A stretch of DNA of 63,985 nucleotides, the filler included, from Octopus bimaculoides (Eukaryota): NCBI RefSeq assembly GCF_001194135.2. It is 7 parts of 7 records of this genome, joined end to end, with 100 filler letters (N's around TTAATTAATTAA, not from the genome) between each part and the next. Parts side by side here need not be neighbours in the genome. Positions count along the whole stretch, not along the records: positions 40,803 to 54,338 come from NC_068989.1; positions 54,439 to 59,618 come from NC_068983.1; positions 59,719 to 62,143 come from NW_026415617.1; positions 62,244 to 63,985 come from NW_026316225.1; 3 more parts are not named here. One strand, 5' to 3'. Under the pieces are notes generated by a model. It was given only the letters and a program-made list of their open reading frames with translations. It was not told where the DNA came from and searched no databases. A program made the translations under genes and the position numbers. This document shows positions 51,313-63,669 of the stretch, in pieces. Positions within the stretch are counted from its first letter, which is position 1. Each line of letters starts with the position of its first letter.

Positions 51313-51750
51313 GCCACTTCAACACGGCTATTCCATAGGAACCGATGTTACTACCATTTTAACCCCAGGAGGAGTCTCCTCCCGCCGGTTGTCGATGCAA
51401 TCCGCACCCGATATATATTGCAAGCAGGGGAGCGAGCCCCTACCATCTCCCAGCAACATTCCCACCAGACTATATGGTTTCGAGCTTTTGTGCTCATTCT
51501 CAGTGGTGACTACTTGTCTGCTAAGGATAGCAGTAGCTAGCTCCAGCTCGGAATGTATAGAAAAATAAGAGACAACCAGTCACTGATCTTGCAACAAGCA
51601 AAGTACCAAGTTAGAAAATCTCTATAAAATATGAAAGTAATGTTTAACGCCACTTCAACATAGCTGTTCCGTTGGAACCGACGTTACTAACATTTTAACT
51701 CCAGGAGGACACCTCTTCCAGCTGGTTATTGATGCAATCTACACTCGAGA
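51313..51750. repeat. Two copies of the unclassified repeat seen at 12694
   Basis: gccacttcaaca...ggaaccga.gttacta.cattttaac.ccaggagga at 51313 and 51648. Confidence 0.6.
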
Positions 51751-52023
51751 TACACACACACACACACACACACGCAAATACACACACACACAAGCACACA
51801 CACACACATACACACACACACAACAACAACAACCAATAATATGTACGAAGAAAATAATATCTTTATTTGAGATCAAACCTAAAAATCCAACAAATGTTTC
51901 AGTTGCATTAACATATACATACATATATATTCATACACACACGCACACGCACATACACACACACACAACAACAACAACCANNNNNNNNNNTTTATCTGTC
52001 TTGCATGAGGATTTATATATACA

Positions 52024-53130
52024 TTGGGTCATCCTATAAATAATGCGATTTTTTTATACTTGTTTTATTTTTCAAAATTAAGATAAACAAAGTTCTTTTT
52101 AAATCTAAAATATGCTCTCAGTCATTTTCTACAATGCTCTTCCATCTATCTGGTAGACTTCCAAAATTGACTTGCCTGTGAAGAAAAATACTCCTCCAGT
52201 ACTGTTCTGACCTCGTCTACAGAATTCATATTTTTCCCGTCCAAATGATTTTGAAGATTGCGGAATAAATGATAATCAGATGCGGTAATGTCCGGCGAAT
52301 ATGGTTGGTGGGGCATCGTTTCCCATTCAAACTGCTTCAGCCTTTGGAATGTCATCCTCACTGTATGTAGCCAAGCATTATCCTGATGGAAAAAGCACCT
52401 TTCGTCTTGAAACCAAAAATGGTCGTTTTTCTTCTAGCGCTGACTTAAACCGCTCGAGCTGCTCGCAGTAGATCTCCTTTGTTATCATTTGGTTTGGGTT
52501 TAAAAGTTCACAGTGGACTAAACCTTTCATATCCCACCAAACAGATAACAACACTTTACGTGGCTGAAGACCTTCTTTAGCTTGGGGTGCCGGTGTTTCT
52601 CCTTTCCCTACTCGCTATCTTCGGAGCATGACATTTTTACAGAGAACCAATTTCTCGTCACCAGTCACTTTTCGGTCCAAAAAAGGTTCATTCATGAGAC
52701 GTGACAGCAAAGAAGAGCGCACATTCACTCTCTGCGTGCGATTAGACACGGAAAGTTTGTAAGGAACCCATTGACCCAATTTGCTGACTTTTCCGATGGC
52801 ACGCGGATTTCGATCAATGGTTGAATGACCAAATCCAAGCTTCTCTGCAAGTTTCTCAACAATTACGATGAGATTTTGTTCCACCAGGGTTTGCAAGACG
52901 TCCTCATCGAATTCTACAGATCTTCCAGGACGAGACACGTCTTCTAGGCTGTAGTTTCCGGTTCGGAATTTCTGGAATTACCGTTGACACTGGCTTTCGC
53001 TTATTGTTCGATCCTCATAAACTGCAATGATATTCCTCTCACTTTCCGTTGCGTTGTTGCCTCTATTGGACTCAAAGCAAAATATGCCGAATATGCTCCT
53101 TTGTCACTTCCATTACAGCTTTAAAAAAAG
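52024..53130 (-). mobile_element. mariner (DD34D) transposon, frameshifted
   Basis: MEVTKEHIRHILL (ATG at 53113), GQWVPYKL, VTGDEK, SVWWD, HQDNA, YSPDITASDYHLF; D2-D3 spacing 34; TIR-like ttgggtcatcctataaataatgcg at 52024. Confidence 0.92.
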
Positions 53131-53189
53131 CAACTGTTAAAATCGAACTGCACTCTTCAAAACTTTCTCTAAGAATAAGTACAAAGTAA

Positions 53190-53430
53190 AATTACCACCT
53201 GCTTTATAGTAAGTTGATGCAGGTAGTTTGATTTTTTGTTGGTTTGTCTGTGGACAAGATATCTCAAGAACCGCTGGATAGATTTGAATGAAACTTGCAG
53301 GGATGTTCGGCTTCGTGACTGGCACGAACTGGTTAGATTTTGGGATCGATCCATTACCGGACAAGAATTCTGAATTATTTGTTATATTCATTTTACTTTA
53401 TATGAAGTATTACAATATCTGATTACCTCC
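53190..53430. mobile_element. Non-autonomous element resembling DINE-1/HINE-type (Helentron-associated) repeats
   Basis: gtttgtctgtggacaagatatctcaagaaccgctggatagatttgaatgaaacttgcaggg; recognised by resemblance only. Confidence 0.4.
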
Positions 53431-53439
53431 CTTGAAAGC

Positions 53440-54042
53440 ACGCTCATGGTCTCCACGAAAATTATGGTGGCCTTGCTGTTTCCAAAGTTTTATTTTCGTT
53501 TCTCTATCACTAATTTTACTCGCATCTCTATCCTAGTAGAAACTGATGGTCAAAGGAGCGACGTCAAGGGGCCATGTGGCTCAACGTCAACTATATAGCG
53601 TATGTGGCACACCTTGGCCACCACCACTAGCACCTGATATGTTTGGAATGGGAAATTCCAGAGGATTTTGATAGTCTCCGAGTCTGTTACTCTCTACGGT
53701 TTGTGCTCATGCCACGTCTTGCCTCTCTTAAGCCCCCATATTTCGCACAGTTTCTAATTAGCACTTTCGCTAATTAGTTGTGTCTCCACAACTTGTAGGG
53801 ATTTTGGGCAAGTCTAGGGTATTCGTTTGTGATATGGGTAATGGTTTCATCCACTCTGTTGCAAATGCGGCACAGCGGAGACACTTGCTCATTCCTCAGG
53901 TTGATTCTTCAGTTTGTGGCAAGAGCTCGGTCCTGCGCTGCCAGTATAGTGCTCTTGGTCTCTTTTTTAGTGTTCCTTTCATCAGCCAATCCCACCTATT
54001 TTTTCTTCTGTTGTGGCTACATGGAATTGATTGTGTAGTCCC
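53440..54042 (-). mobile_element. R4/Dong-like relic (zinc knuckle and REL region)
   Basis: GWLMKGTLKKETKSTILAAQDRALATN, CRICNRVDETITHI, WHEHKP, KILWNFPFQT. Confidence 0.75.
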
Positions 54043-54092
<50 letters not shown>

Positions 54093-54338
54093 TAGTTTTA
54101 TTTTTATAACGTGCTTTCACTTCATTACCGAGCGCAGCTCTGTGTGCCTTGGGTGGTTTGCTGTGATGCTCTTATGGTTACTGTTTTGAAAGTGTTTTGC
54201 GTAGGATGTGTGCAATGCTCAGTAGTGCAATTTTCTGTATGTTATATATACTTGTAAGTCCTGGTGTTTTTGTTATGTATTTGTCTGAATATTTTTTTTA
54301 TCATACCTAATGCACCTACTATGATAGGAATTGTTTCT
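54043..54338 (-). mobile_element. R4/Dong-like 3' end with (AAT)n tail
   Basis: ETIPIIVGALGMIK and NIQKIALLSIAHILRKTLS*, short UTR, then (AAT)n at about 54043-54088. Confidence 0.85.
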
Positions 54339-54438
54339 NNNNNNNNNNNNNNNNNNNNNNNNNNNNNNNNNNNNNNNNNNNNTTAATTAATTAANNNNNN
54401 NNNNNNNNNNNNNNNNNNNNNNNNNNNNNNNNNNNNNN

Positions 54439-54722
54439 TGTATGACGGCCTGTCTTTGATTATGTTCTTATATGTCGCATTCACACTCACACACAGACAT
54501 ACATCTTTAACGCTACAATAAATATCTCTGTTATTCATCTAATACGGTTGTGGTCTTTCATTACTGGTCATCTATGTTATCGTCGCATAACATATCATGT
54601 ATATCATCTTCGATATAATATTTGTATGTTCGACCGTGTGACACGTTTAAATAAAAGGAGTCCTCTGTTTTCCCATTCGTCACCATAACTCCTTTTATGA
54701 GTTCGCACGGTCGTCCCTTACA
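54439..54722 (+). mobile_element. LTR (5' edge at a gap) ending ...CCCTTACA
   Basis: Begins TG after the gap, AATAAA at 54650-54655, ends CA, followed by AT and a tRNA-Trp PBS. Confidence 0.65.
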
Positions 54723-54818
54723 ATTGGTGCCCCCGACGTCGGTCGTCCCTTACAATTGGTGACCCCGACGTCGGTCGTCCCTTACAATTGGTGACCCCGA
54801 CATCGGTCGTCCCTTACA
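54709..54818 (+). repeat. 32-bp tandem array (3.4 copies) of LTR 3' end plus tRNA-Trp primer-binding site
   Basis: Unit ggtcgtcccttaca-at-tggtgaccccgacgt-c; TGGTGACCCCGACGT is complementary to the eukaryotic tRNA-Trp 3' end ACGUCGGGGUCACCA. Confidence 0.85.
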
Positions 54819-55890
54819 TATATATATATATATATAAAGTTGTTAGTGAGAGACTCTCTGTCTCTTCCAAATCATCACTTCTTTTCCCCTTTCCTTTATC
54901 TCTCTTCTACTTACTTTATATTGATTTTTATTGCTTCTCTTCTCTCCCCACCTATGCCTGTACAATTAGGATTAGAACAATAAAATAATTTATTTGATAC
55001 AAATATATAAACTCTCAGGTTAACAATAACATTTATATTATATTAATTACAATATTCCTTCATTATTCATGAAAACAAAAAAAGAAAGGAAGTATATTTC
55101 AAATCAAAAAACGGAAGAAAAAAAGTACAAGTAGTCAATGAAATATGAAACCTTAGAGAAATGTAAACCATGGACATTATAAATGTATCTTGTGTCCAAT
55201 GAATGTTATCGTTTTCAATCAATAGAAATGTCTTTTCTGTATTATTGTGTAAATGGTTGAGAATTTCACAGACACATATATCCTTAATCAGTCTTCAGGA
55301 AGACTCAGCAGGACACTGTGTATGACTTGGTTGAGCTTTCTAGTTCACACACAAAGCTTGAGTTGAGTCAATGCTTTACTAGAATTCACTTGCCTAAGTT
55401 GCAGCATAGTGGGATCAAACACAGAAACTTCTTATTCTAAAAGAAATTCCTGAAGCATTTAACCATGTGTTCATAAACATTAAATATACTATGAGTCAAT
55501 ACACTTGAAAGGAATCTACATTGTAAATCTGTTCAACTTATGTCAGTAGGAAAATGGAGATGACGGTAAACATAATAATTTTATTATTTAGAATTAAACT
55601 GCCATTAACACTCTATCTTTAAGGCCCAATGTCCTTAGATCATATTGAGTTACTTTGAATTATGTCTTCCTCAGACTATAACTGTCACAAGAATCTCTCT
55701 TCTGGCATGAGAACCAAAATATACATAAATTTCACTTTGGATTTTTACATGACAAGACAATTTAAATTCTATTGGTCACTATCTTTACCACAAATTTTTA
55801 AAATAATATTTGTAAGATCTCCCAAACTATTCCAGCAGATTTATATTATCAGTATCTCACACGTAACTGCATACTCATTATGACCAAGCA

Positions 55891-56110
55891 TTAACCCTTT
55901 AGCATTCAGATTAATCTGTTAAATATAATACTTATTTAATCAGATTGTTTTGAATTAATCATACATTAACTCATAACTGAGATTTTGATGATGTAACTTT
56001 ATTTTTATGATGGCATTGTAGGATACATGTGAAAGGCTTGATAAATCTAGTTTGAACAATAAAACAGGTAGAAAACTTCGGATATGACCAGTTTAAATGC
56101 TAGAGATTTT
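55891..56110. mobile_element. piggyBac-type MITE (right TIR decayed)
   Basis: TTAA-CCCTTTAGCATT start; body homologous to 56494-56716. Confidence 0.8.
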
Positions 56111-56126
56111 ATGTAGATGAGATACT

Positions 56127-56162
<36 letters not shown>

Positions 56163-56493
56163 TTGCAATTACTACTAATTCATTTCTCACTCTCTCCTAA
56201 ATGTGAGTAGCTTCCCAATAACAAGAACTAGCTCTATTCTACCCATTTCTCTCAAACCTTAACTCTCTCTGATAGCCCCACCCCTTGGGTTCTGTAGGCT
56301 TGCATGCTGCATGGCAATCCCACTAGTGCCAGTGGCATGAGAAAAGCAGCCAGTACACATTGTAAAGTCGATGTGTTAAAAAAGGCATCACACACATATA
56401 TTTGAGAATAAACATTATAATCTGTTAACAGATAATCTATATTCTATATATATAGTTAAGTAATATTGTCCAGGTTAGATATCTTCATATAGT

Positions 56494-56716
56494 TTAACCT
56501 TTCAGCATTCAGATTATTCTGCGAAATGTACTGTTTATTTATTCACATTGAATTAATCATGCATTTTCTCAAAGCTTTAAGATTTTGATGATGAGATTGT
56601 TAATTTTAATAGCGGCATTATAAGGTAGGTGTGAGAGGCCAGATCTGGTTAATTTGAGCATAGAACATGTAGAATATTTTGGCCAGATATGGTCAGTTTA
56701 AATGCTAAAGGGTTAA
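56494..56716. mobile_element. piggyBac-type MITE with TTAA TSDs
   Basis: TTAA-CCTTTCAGCATT...AATGCTAAAGGG-TTAA. Confidence 0.88.
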
Positions 56717-57039
56717 GCAGGGAAAGATTCAAAGAGACTAAAACGCATAAAGTTGGAAATCTGACAACTTACTCAGTCGGATGACTTTTCCCATAGAACC
56801 GATGTTCCACTTGGATACAAAAAGCATTGTACTTCCTGGCATTTTCGACCCAATCTCCCTTGGACATCCATATTGGATCAACTGTACCTTCTCCACCAAT
56901 CATTAGAAATATTGGACCGCCAGGTTTGAAGTATGATTTGTTTATAAAATATCGCTAGAATAAAGAATGAAATATAAACAAATATTTTTAAATGTATCAA
57001 TAACAAAAAAAAAAAATATCAAGAAACTGAATTATTAAT

Positions 57040-57375
57040 GTCACTAGGCAAATTTTTTATGGTTGAATGCCCTTCCTGTCACCAACTCTCATCTATTTGC
57101 AAGAAAGGTAATATTATCACAGAATATTGGAAACAAAGGACACTGCTAGCATTGTGATGACACTCATTTTCAACTATCTTACAATACCAAGCTAAGGAGA
57201 TAGTAACACACATGCACATACATACACAACAGACTTCTTTCAGTTTTAATCTACGAAATTCACTTACAAGGCTTTGGTTGGCCCGGGGACTATAGCATTT
57301 GATGGTTACCCAAAATTGAGAACCATGTAGTTGGAAGCAACCTTCTTACCACACAGCCATGCTTGTGCCTAGCAA
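57040..57375 (-). mobile_element. Decayed family-B SINE head with RTE-like tail remnants
   Basis: catggctgtgtggtaagaaggttgcttccaac on the minus strand; gaagggcattcaacc tail motif. Confidence 0.6.
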
Positions 57376-58154
57376 CTCCTACATTAGTCTTACACATATG
57401 TGTGCATGCATACATATTTGTTTGAAAATTGCAAGTGACAAACAGTGACATGAATGTCATTTCATCTGCCAACCAATTGTCCACTGGCTTTGTACCTTCA
57501 AACACGTGAAATAAAACATCCCTTACTTGAAAAATAGGTAAGGATTAACAAGGACATGAGGCAGTAAAACAATACCTCAATAACAGGATATTGCGGCAGT
57601 ATAAATACATGCTAAGTATATGCAGTGACATGTAATAATTACATAATAACCTTATATTTCAATCTTTCACTCTCTTTCTCACATTCTTCTCTTTTCCATT
57701 ACTCCCCCACCACCACCTTCCCTTACCACTGCTCATGCTGTTTTTTCTACCCAGTCTCCTTACAACCAATAGGTAGCTGCCTATTGCTGTTTCTCTTCCC
57801 ACTTGTATCCCTATTTCTCTCCACATTCTCTTTCTTTTTTTATCCTCTTACCTTTGCTCTCACTCCAGCACATCTCTCTTCTATTCACCTTCTCACTCAT
57901 GTTTGCCTTGAATGAAAGGTGACATTACAGTAAGGACTCTAGTTTTGTAGAAGACAAGATAACTTCTCAAGTAAAATGTAGTCAGTACATTCTATGAAGT
58001 GGTTGGCACTAGGAGAGGCACCCAGCAGTAAAACCATGACAAAATCAGTATATGAGACATGGGCCACTGACCTCTCTAGGAGGACAGTGACTCTCAACAA
58101 GAACAGACCATGATAACCTATGAGAAACGAACATAAAAATCATGATGACAATAA

Positions 58155-58320
58155 TTCCTTCTACTATAGGCACAAGGCCTGAAATGTAGTGGGGGGACTA
58201 TCGATTACATCAATCCCTGTGCTCAACTGGTACTTATTTTATTGATCCCAAAAAGGTAAATGATGGAATTTGAACTCAGACTGCAAAACCAAAAGAAATG
58301 CTGCTAAGCATTTTGTCCAG
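58155..58320 (-). mobile_element. Family-A SINE (decayed)
   Basis: cttctactataggcacaaggcctgaaat...gtcgattacatc-like...ggaatttgaactcaga. Confidence 0.75.
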
Positions 58321-58669
58321 CAATAAATCACCACTGGCATTATGTTTCTTTTCTCCCAGCTGGAATAAGTGAGATAGATCTGTAACATGATCACCGTTAC
58401 TCTTCTCAATTCTGTGAAAACAAACATTCCAAGATCTGATCTCACAACACCTTCCTTCATTTTGTTTGGTCTCACTATCTTAAAGGGATGAGGGGCAATC
58501 TTTGATTATAGCATTCCACTTTCACTTTGTCAAATTATTGCTACTATCTTGTTTGTTTCGAGCTACAGAATAAAAGTTTTCTCCTTTTTGATGCTGTCCA
58601 ACAGCCAGATTGTTTGCCATTGCAGTGTAATTAAGAATTAAATTTTCGATTTGTTATTATCAACAGATA

Positions 58670-58875
58670 TAAGGTGGCAAGTTGGCAGAATCATTAGCAT
58701 GCTGGGCAAAATGCTTTGCAGCATTTCACCTACCTTCTTGTTCTGAGTTCAAATACCACTTTGCCTTTCATCCTTTTGGAGTCAATAAAACTAAGTACCA
58801 GTTGAGCACTGGGGTCAATGTAATCGGCTTACCCCCTCTCCCGAAATTGCTGGACTTATGCCAAAAATTGAAGCT
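58670..58875 (+). mobile_element. Family-A SINE
   Basis: ggtggcaagttggcagaatcattagc...gttctgagttcaaat...ctaagtaccagttgagcactggggtc. Confidence 0.8.
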
Positions 58876-59094
58876 ATTATTATCTACAGATATATACCAT
58901 AGTTCAGTATGGCACTGAAACAAAACACTTAATCCAAAACTAATTTATTAATAAATGCTAAAAGATACACTAAATCATTAAAAACCCATAATTAGGTCTC
59001 TTTTTATCTTTTTTCTTCAAGAGACTTTGGAAGTTATTGTAGCACAATGGCTTTCAAACTATGTATATGACCTTTAACACGTTCACACCCAAGA

Positions 59095-59220
59095 CAGAAA
59101 CTTAGGTTAGCATTTATTTTATCAACCCCAAAAAGAATTTAAACTCAGAACATAAAGACATTCGAAATGCTGCTAAGTATTTTGCCTGACGTGCTAACAA
59201 TTCTGCCAGCTCGCTGCCTT
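59095..59220 (-). mobile_element. Family-A SINE fragment
   Basis: gaatttaaactcagaac...gtgctaacaattctgccagctcgc. Confidence 0.7.
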
Positions 59221-59236
59221 AGTGTCACAAGATATT

Positions 59237-59440
59237 CCTTTCTACTATAGGCACACGGCCTGAAATTTTGAGGGAGAGGGCCAGTCGCTTACAGTAAGTA
59301 ACTGGTACTTATTTTATCGACCCCGAAAGGATGAATGGCAAAGTCACCCTCGGCGGAATTTGAACTCAGAACGTAAAGACAGACGAAATACCCTTAAGCA
59401 TTTCGCCCGGCGTGCTAACGTTTCTGCCAGCTCGCTGTCT
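59237..59440 (-). mobile_element. Young full-length family-A SINE with TSD
   Basis: Flanked by tagtgtcacaagatatt (59220-59236) and tagttgtcacaagatatt (59441-59458). Confidence 0.9.
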
Positions 59441-60013
59441 TAGTTGTCACAAGATATTGACAACACTGAGGTTAAGTCCTTTTATTAAGTCTTGGTGAAT
59501 TTTCTCATCTAAATCGTTCAAGTACCTTAAAGCCTCCCAAAGAAAAAGAATTAAAAAAGTCTTAATTACGTTTTTTTTAAAAACGTAAGTAATTTTATGG
59601 GTGGAGATGGAGTATATGNNNNNNNNNNNNNNNNNNNNNNNNNNNNNNNNNNNNNNNNNNNNTTAATTAATTAANNNNNNNNNNNNNNNNNNNNNNNNNN
59701 NNNNNNNNNNNNNNNNNNCACCAAACAATCTATGGAGGTTCAAATTATTGTTCCCGACGCTTATTGCTTACGAAAGCCAAGGTAGTCATACGTGTGGAGT
59801 ATGATTTGAATGTTCACTTAAATTCTGCGGATCATCAGAGTTATGCTCTTCATTATTCTTGAGTGCCTCGGATTATATAGAGAATCTCGGAATCCTTATT
59901 TCATATGTTTGACGTAAATTTAATGGCTGTATATATTTCATAATGCAACTGCAGTGTTCTGAACTTTATCTGGATTCAAGTTTGTGTACTTACATATAAG
60001 AGACAAAGTGTAC

Positions 60014-60046
60014 GTTCAACGAAGAGCTCCGCTCGAAACGTCGAAT
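60014..60046 (+). ncRNA. Degenerate minimal PLE-type hammerhead motif
   Basis: guuc-aacga-a-GAGC-ucc-GCUC-GAAAC-GUC-gaau; the CUGA of the core is mutated; downstream ttcctgagc shared with the 63670 copy. Confidence 0.5.
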
Positions 60047-60149
60047 TCTCATTCTTTCTTTTCCTGAGCGTCCAGTAACACAATATCTGTATCACGTACT
60101 CGCATTGTTTTTTGTTGTTTCTTTTGTCGTTTTTCTTGTTTAAACTCAC

Positions 60150-60189
<40 letters not shown>

Positions 60190-61429
60190 NNNNNNNNNNN
60201 NNNNNNNNNNNNNNNNNNNNNNNNNNNNNNNNNNNNNNNNNNNNNNNNNNNNNNNNNNNNNNNNNNNNNNNNNNNNNNNNNNNNNNNNNNNNNNNNNNNN
60301 NNNNNNNNNNNNNNNNNNNNNNNNNNNNNNNNNNNNNNNNNNNNNNNNNNNNNNNNNNNNNNNNNNNNNNNNNNNNNNNNNNNNNNNNNNNNNNNNNNNN
60401 NNNNNNNNNNNNNNNNNNNNNNNNNNNNNNNNNNNNNNNNNNNNNNNNNNNNNNNNNNNNNNNNNNNNNNNNNNNNNNNNNNNNNNNNNNNNNNNNNNNN
60501 NNNNNNNNNNNNNNNNNNNNNNNNNNNNNNNNNNNNNNNNNNNNNNNNNNNNNNNNNNNNNNNNNNNNNNNNNNNNNNNNNNNNNNNNNNNNNNNNNNNN
60601 NNNNNNNNNNNNNNNNNNNNNNNNNNNNNNNNNNNNNNNNNNNNNNNNNNNNNNNNNNNNNNNNNNNNNNNNNNNNNNNNNNNNNNNNNNNNNNNNNNNN
60701 NNNNNNNNNNNNNNNNNNNNNNNNNNNNNNNNNNNNNNNNNNNNNNNNNNNNNNNNNNNNNNNNNNNNNNNNNNNNNNNNNNNNNNNNNNNNNNNNNNNN
60801 NNNNNNNNNNNNNNNNNNNNNNNNNNNNNNNNNNNNNNNNNNNNNNNNNNNNNNNNNNNNNNNNNNNNNNNNNNNNNNNNNNNNNNNNNNNNNNNNNNNN
60901 NNNNNNNNNNNNNNNNNNNNNNNNNNNNNNNNNNNNNNNNNNNNNNNNNNNNNNNNNNNNNNNNNNNNNNNNNNNNNNNNNNNNNNNNNNNNNNNNNNNN
61001 NNNNNNNNNNNNNNNNNNNNNNNNNNNNNNNNNNNNNNNNNNNNNNNNNNNNNNNNNNNNNNNNNNTTGTTTGTGTATGTGTGATTGCGTGTACATGTCT
61101 GATTGTGTATGTATGTGTGATTGTGTGCGTATGTGTGATCGTGTGTGTATGTGCGATTGAGACTATATGTATGATTCTGTATGTATGTGTGATTGTTATA
61201 TGTGCATGTACGATTGTGTGCATATTTGTGACTGTGTAAGTTACGTGTGTGTGCACAATTGTGTTAGTGTCTGTATATTGGCTTCTGTGTGTATGTAGTT
61301 ATGACTGTCTTTATGTAGTAATATCCGTGAAGGCTCATAGTATATCTGTATGTGTGCATGTGTGTATATATATATATATATATGCTAGGTCAGTCTTGGT
61401 GCTATTGGTAATATGTAACCCAGTACAGC

Positions 61430-61807
61430 CTGTCGGATAGTCGAGACGTCGGCAAATAAACCGGCACCTCCACTTTTGGCTCACTGAAAGACGACAAAAA
61501 AAGACATTGAAAGGGCGGCTGAACTGAGTATAGCCAACGGCCATCCGACTGAAAATATCTCAAGATGGCTCTGGTTGATAAGAGACTGCACGTGAAACCC
61601 TTCCACAGGTCAAGACTAGCTCAGTCCTCACTGCCCCAACTACATCCTACAAGTAAAAATCTCGTGACCCTGAGATACCTGCCGACGAACTGGAAGGGTT
61701 TCTAACATTGCAATGTATTTAAAGAGGTTGAGATAGCTCTGAGTATCTCCTGCAGAGGGAGTATAATCATCTTTAATAGTTATTCTACCTGTTTATGTCA
61801 CATACGT
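61430..61807 (+). mobile_element. Possible PLE RT-thumb/linker relic
   Basis: ELSIANGHPTENISRWL and TLRYLP...FKEVEIALS...IIFNS resemble PLE ANGYP and KLPWIG..FEKQI..VVF segments. Confidence 0.35.
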
Positions 61808-62143
61808 GGAGGCGCAATGGCCCAGTATTTAGGGCAGCGGACTCGTGGTCAAAGGATCGCGGTTTCGATTCCCAGACCGAGTGTTGTGAGTGTTTATTGA
61901 GTGAAAACACCTAAAGCTCCACGAGGCTCCGGCAGGGGATGGTGGTGAACCCTACTGTACTCTTTCACCACAACTTTCTCTCACTCTTACTTCGTGTTTC
62001 TGTTGTGCATGTATTTCAAAGGGCCAGCCTTGTTACACTGTGTCACGCTGAATATCCCCGAGAACTACCTTAAGGGGTAAACGTGTCTGTGGAGTGCTCA
62101 GCCACTTGCACGTTAATTTCACGAGCAGGCTGTTCCGTTGATC
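61808..62143 (+). mobile_element. Family-C SINE, 3' end in a gap
   Basis: ggaggcgcaatggcccagt...ggtttcgattccc. Confidence 0.9.
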
Positions 62144-62243
62144 NNNNNNNNNNNNNNNNNNNNNNNNNNNNNNNNNNNNNNNNNNNNTTAATTAATTAAN
62201 NNNNNNNNNNNNNNNNNNNNNNNNNNNNNNNNNNNNNNNNNNN

Positions 62244-62986
62244 TAGCTACACTGATGACACAAAACTATCTCAGGCAATAAAGAATCCTGATGCTATTAT
62301 AAGCCTGCAGAATGACCTAAATGCAATATACGAGTGGGCAGAGTAAAATAATATGCAGTTCAATGCAAAAAAATTTCAAGTACTGCGCTACAAGGCCACA
62401 AGTGCCTCCCAACTGGCATACACAGGACCTGGAGGTACTGCAATCCCAGAACCACAAACAGTAAGAGACCTGGGCATCAACATGTGTAGTGATGCATCAT
62501 TTCACATGCACATTGTCAAGTTGACAGCAAAGTGCAGACAACTGGCAGGGTGGATACTGAGGACATTTGGAACAAGGGATCAAAAAGTCATTTGTTCTGA
62601 GCCGCCTAGACTATTGCTCTCAGTTGTGGTCACCATACAGTGTCAAGTGGACAGCGGAACTCGAGGCAATTCAGCGTCACTATAAAAAAAAGATCGCCAC
62701 AGTCCAACAGATGAACTACAGGGAGCGACTGAAGGCACTAGGTCTCTACTCCCTGGAGCGCAGGCGGGAGAGATATGTAATAATATACATATGGAAAATA
62801 CTGGAAGGACTGGTGCCAAACTTTGGCATCAAGTACTACAAGAATGCCCGCACAGGTCGCCACTGCATGGTACCAAAGGTGCCGTCCACTGCATCTCACA
62901 TAAGAACGAGATACTGCAACAGCCTCGGTTTCAGAGGACCTCAGCTCTTTAATGCCCTGCCAAAACATTTGAGAGACCTGCAAGAC
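62244..62986 (+). mobile_element. CR1/L2-group LINE, RT C-terminal relic
   Basis: YTDDTKL, LQNDLNAIYEWA, MQFNAKK, RDLG, SRLDYCSQLWSP, LEAIQR, LYSLERRRER; stop and frameshift present. Confidence 0.9.
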
Positions 62987-63669
62987 NNNNNNNNNNNNNN
63001 NNNNNNNNNNNNNNNNNNNNNNNNNNNNNNNNNNNNNNNNNNNNNNNNNNNNNNNNNNNNNNNNNNNNNNNNNNNNNNNNNNNNNNNNNNNNNNNNNNNN
63101 NNNNNNNNNNNNNNNNNNNNNNNNNNNNNNNNNNNNNNNNNNNNNNNNNNNNNNNNNNNNNNNNNNNNNNNNNNNNNNNNNNNNNNNNNNNNNNNNNNNN
63201 NNNNNNNNNNNNNNNNNNNNNNNNNNNNNNNNNNNNNNNNNNNNNNNNNNNNNNNNNNNNNNNNNNNNNNNNNNNNNNNNNNNNNNNNNNNNNNNNNNNN
63301 NNNNNNNNNNNNNNNNNNNNNNNNNNNNNNNNNNNNNNNNNNNNNNNNNNNNNNNNNNNNNNNNNNNNNNNNNNNNNNNNNNNNNNNNNNNNNNNNNNNN
63401 NNNNNNNNNNNNNNNNNNNNNNNNNNNNNNNNNNNNNNNNNNNNNNNNNNNNNNNNNNNNNNNNNNNNNNNNNNNNNNNNNNNNNNNNNNNNNNNNNNNN
63501 NNNNNNNNNNNNNNNNNNNNNNNNNNNNNNNNNNNNNNNNNNNNNNNNNNNNNNNNNNNNNNNNNNNNNNNNNNNNNNNNNNNNNNNNNNNNNNNNNNNN
63601 NNNNNNNNNNNNNNNNNNNNNNNNNNNNNNNNNNNNNNNNNNNNNTTTAATGCTCAGGAATAGAGAAAG

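Noticed and set aside
25826-62199. TTAATTAATTAA islands inside N gaps (25826, 31932, 40747, 54383, 59663, 62188)
   Set aside because: Identical 12-mer centred in similar-sized N runs with stops in all six frames: a scaffolding linker, not biological.
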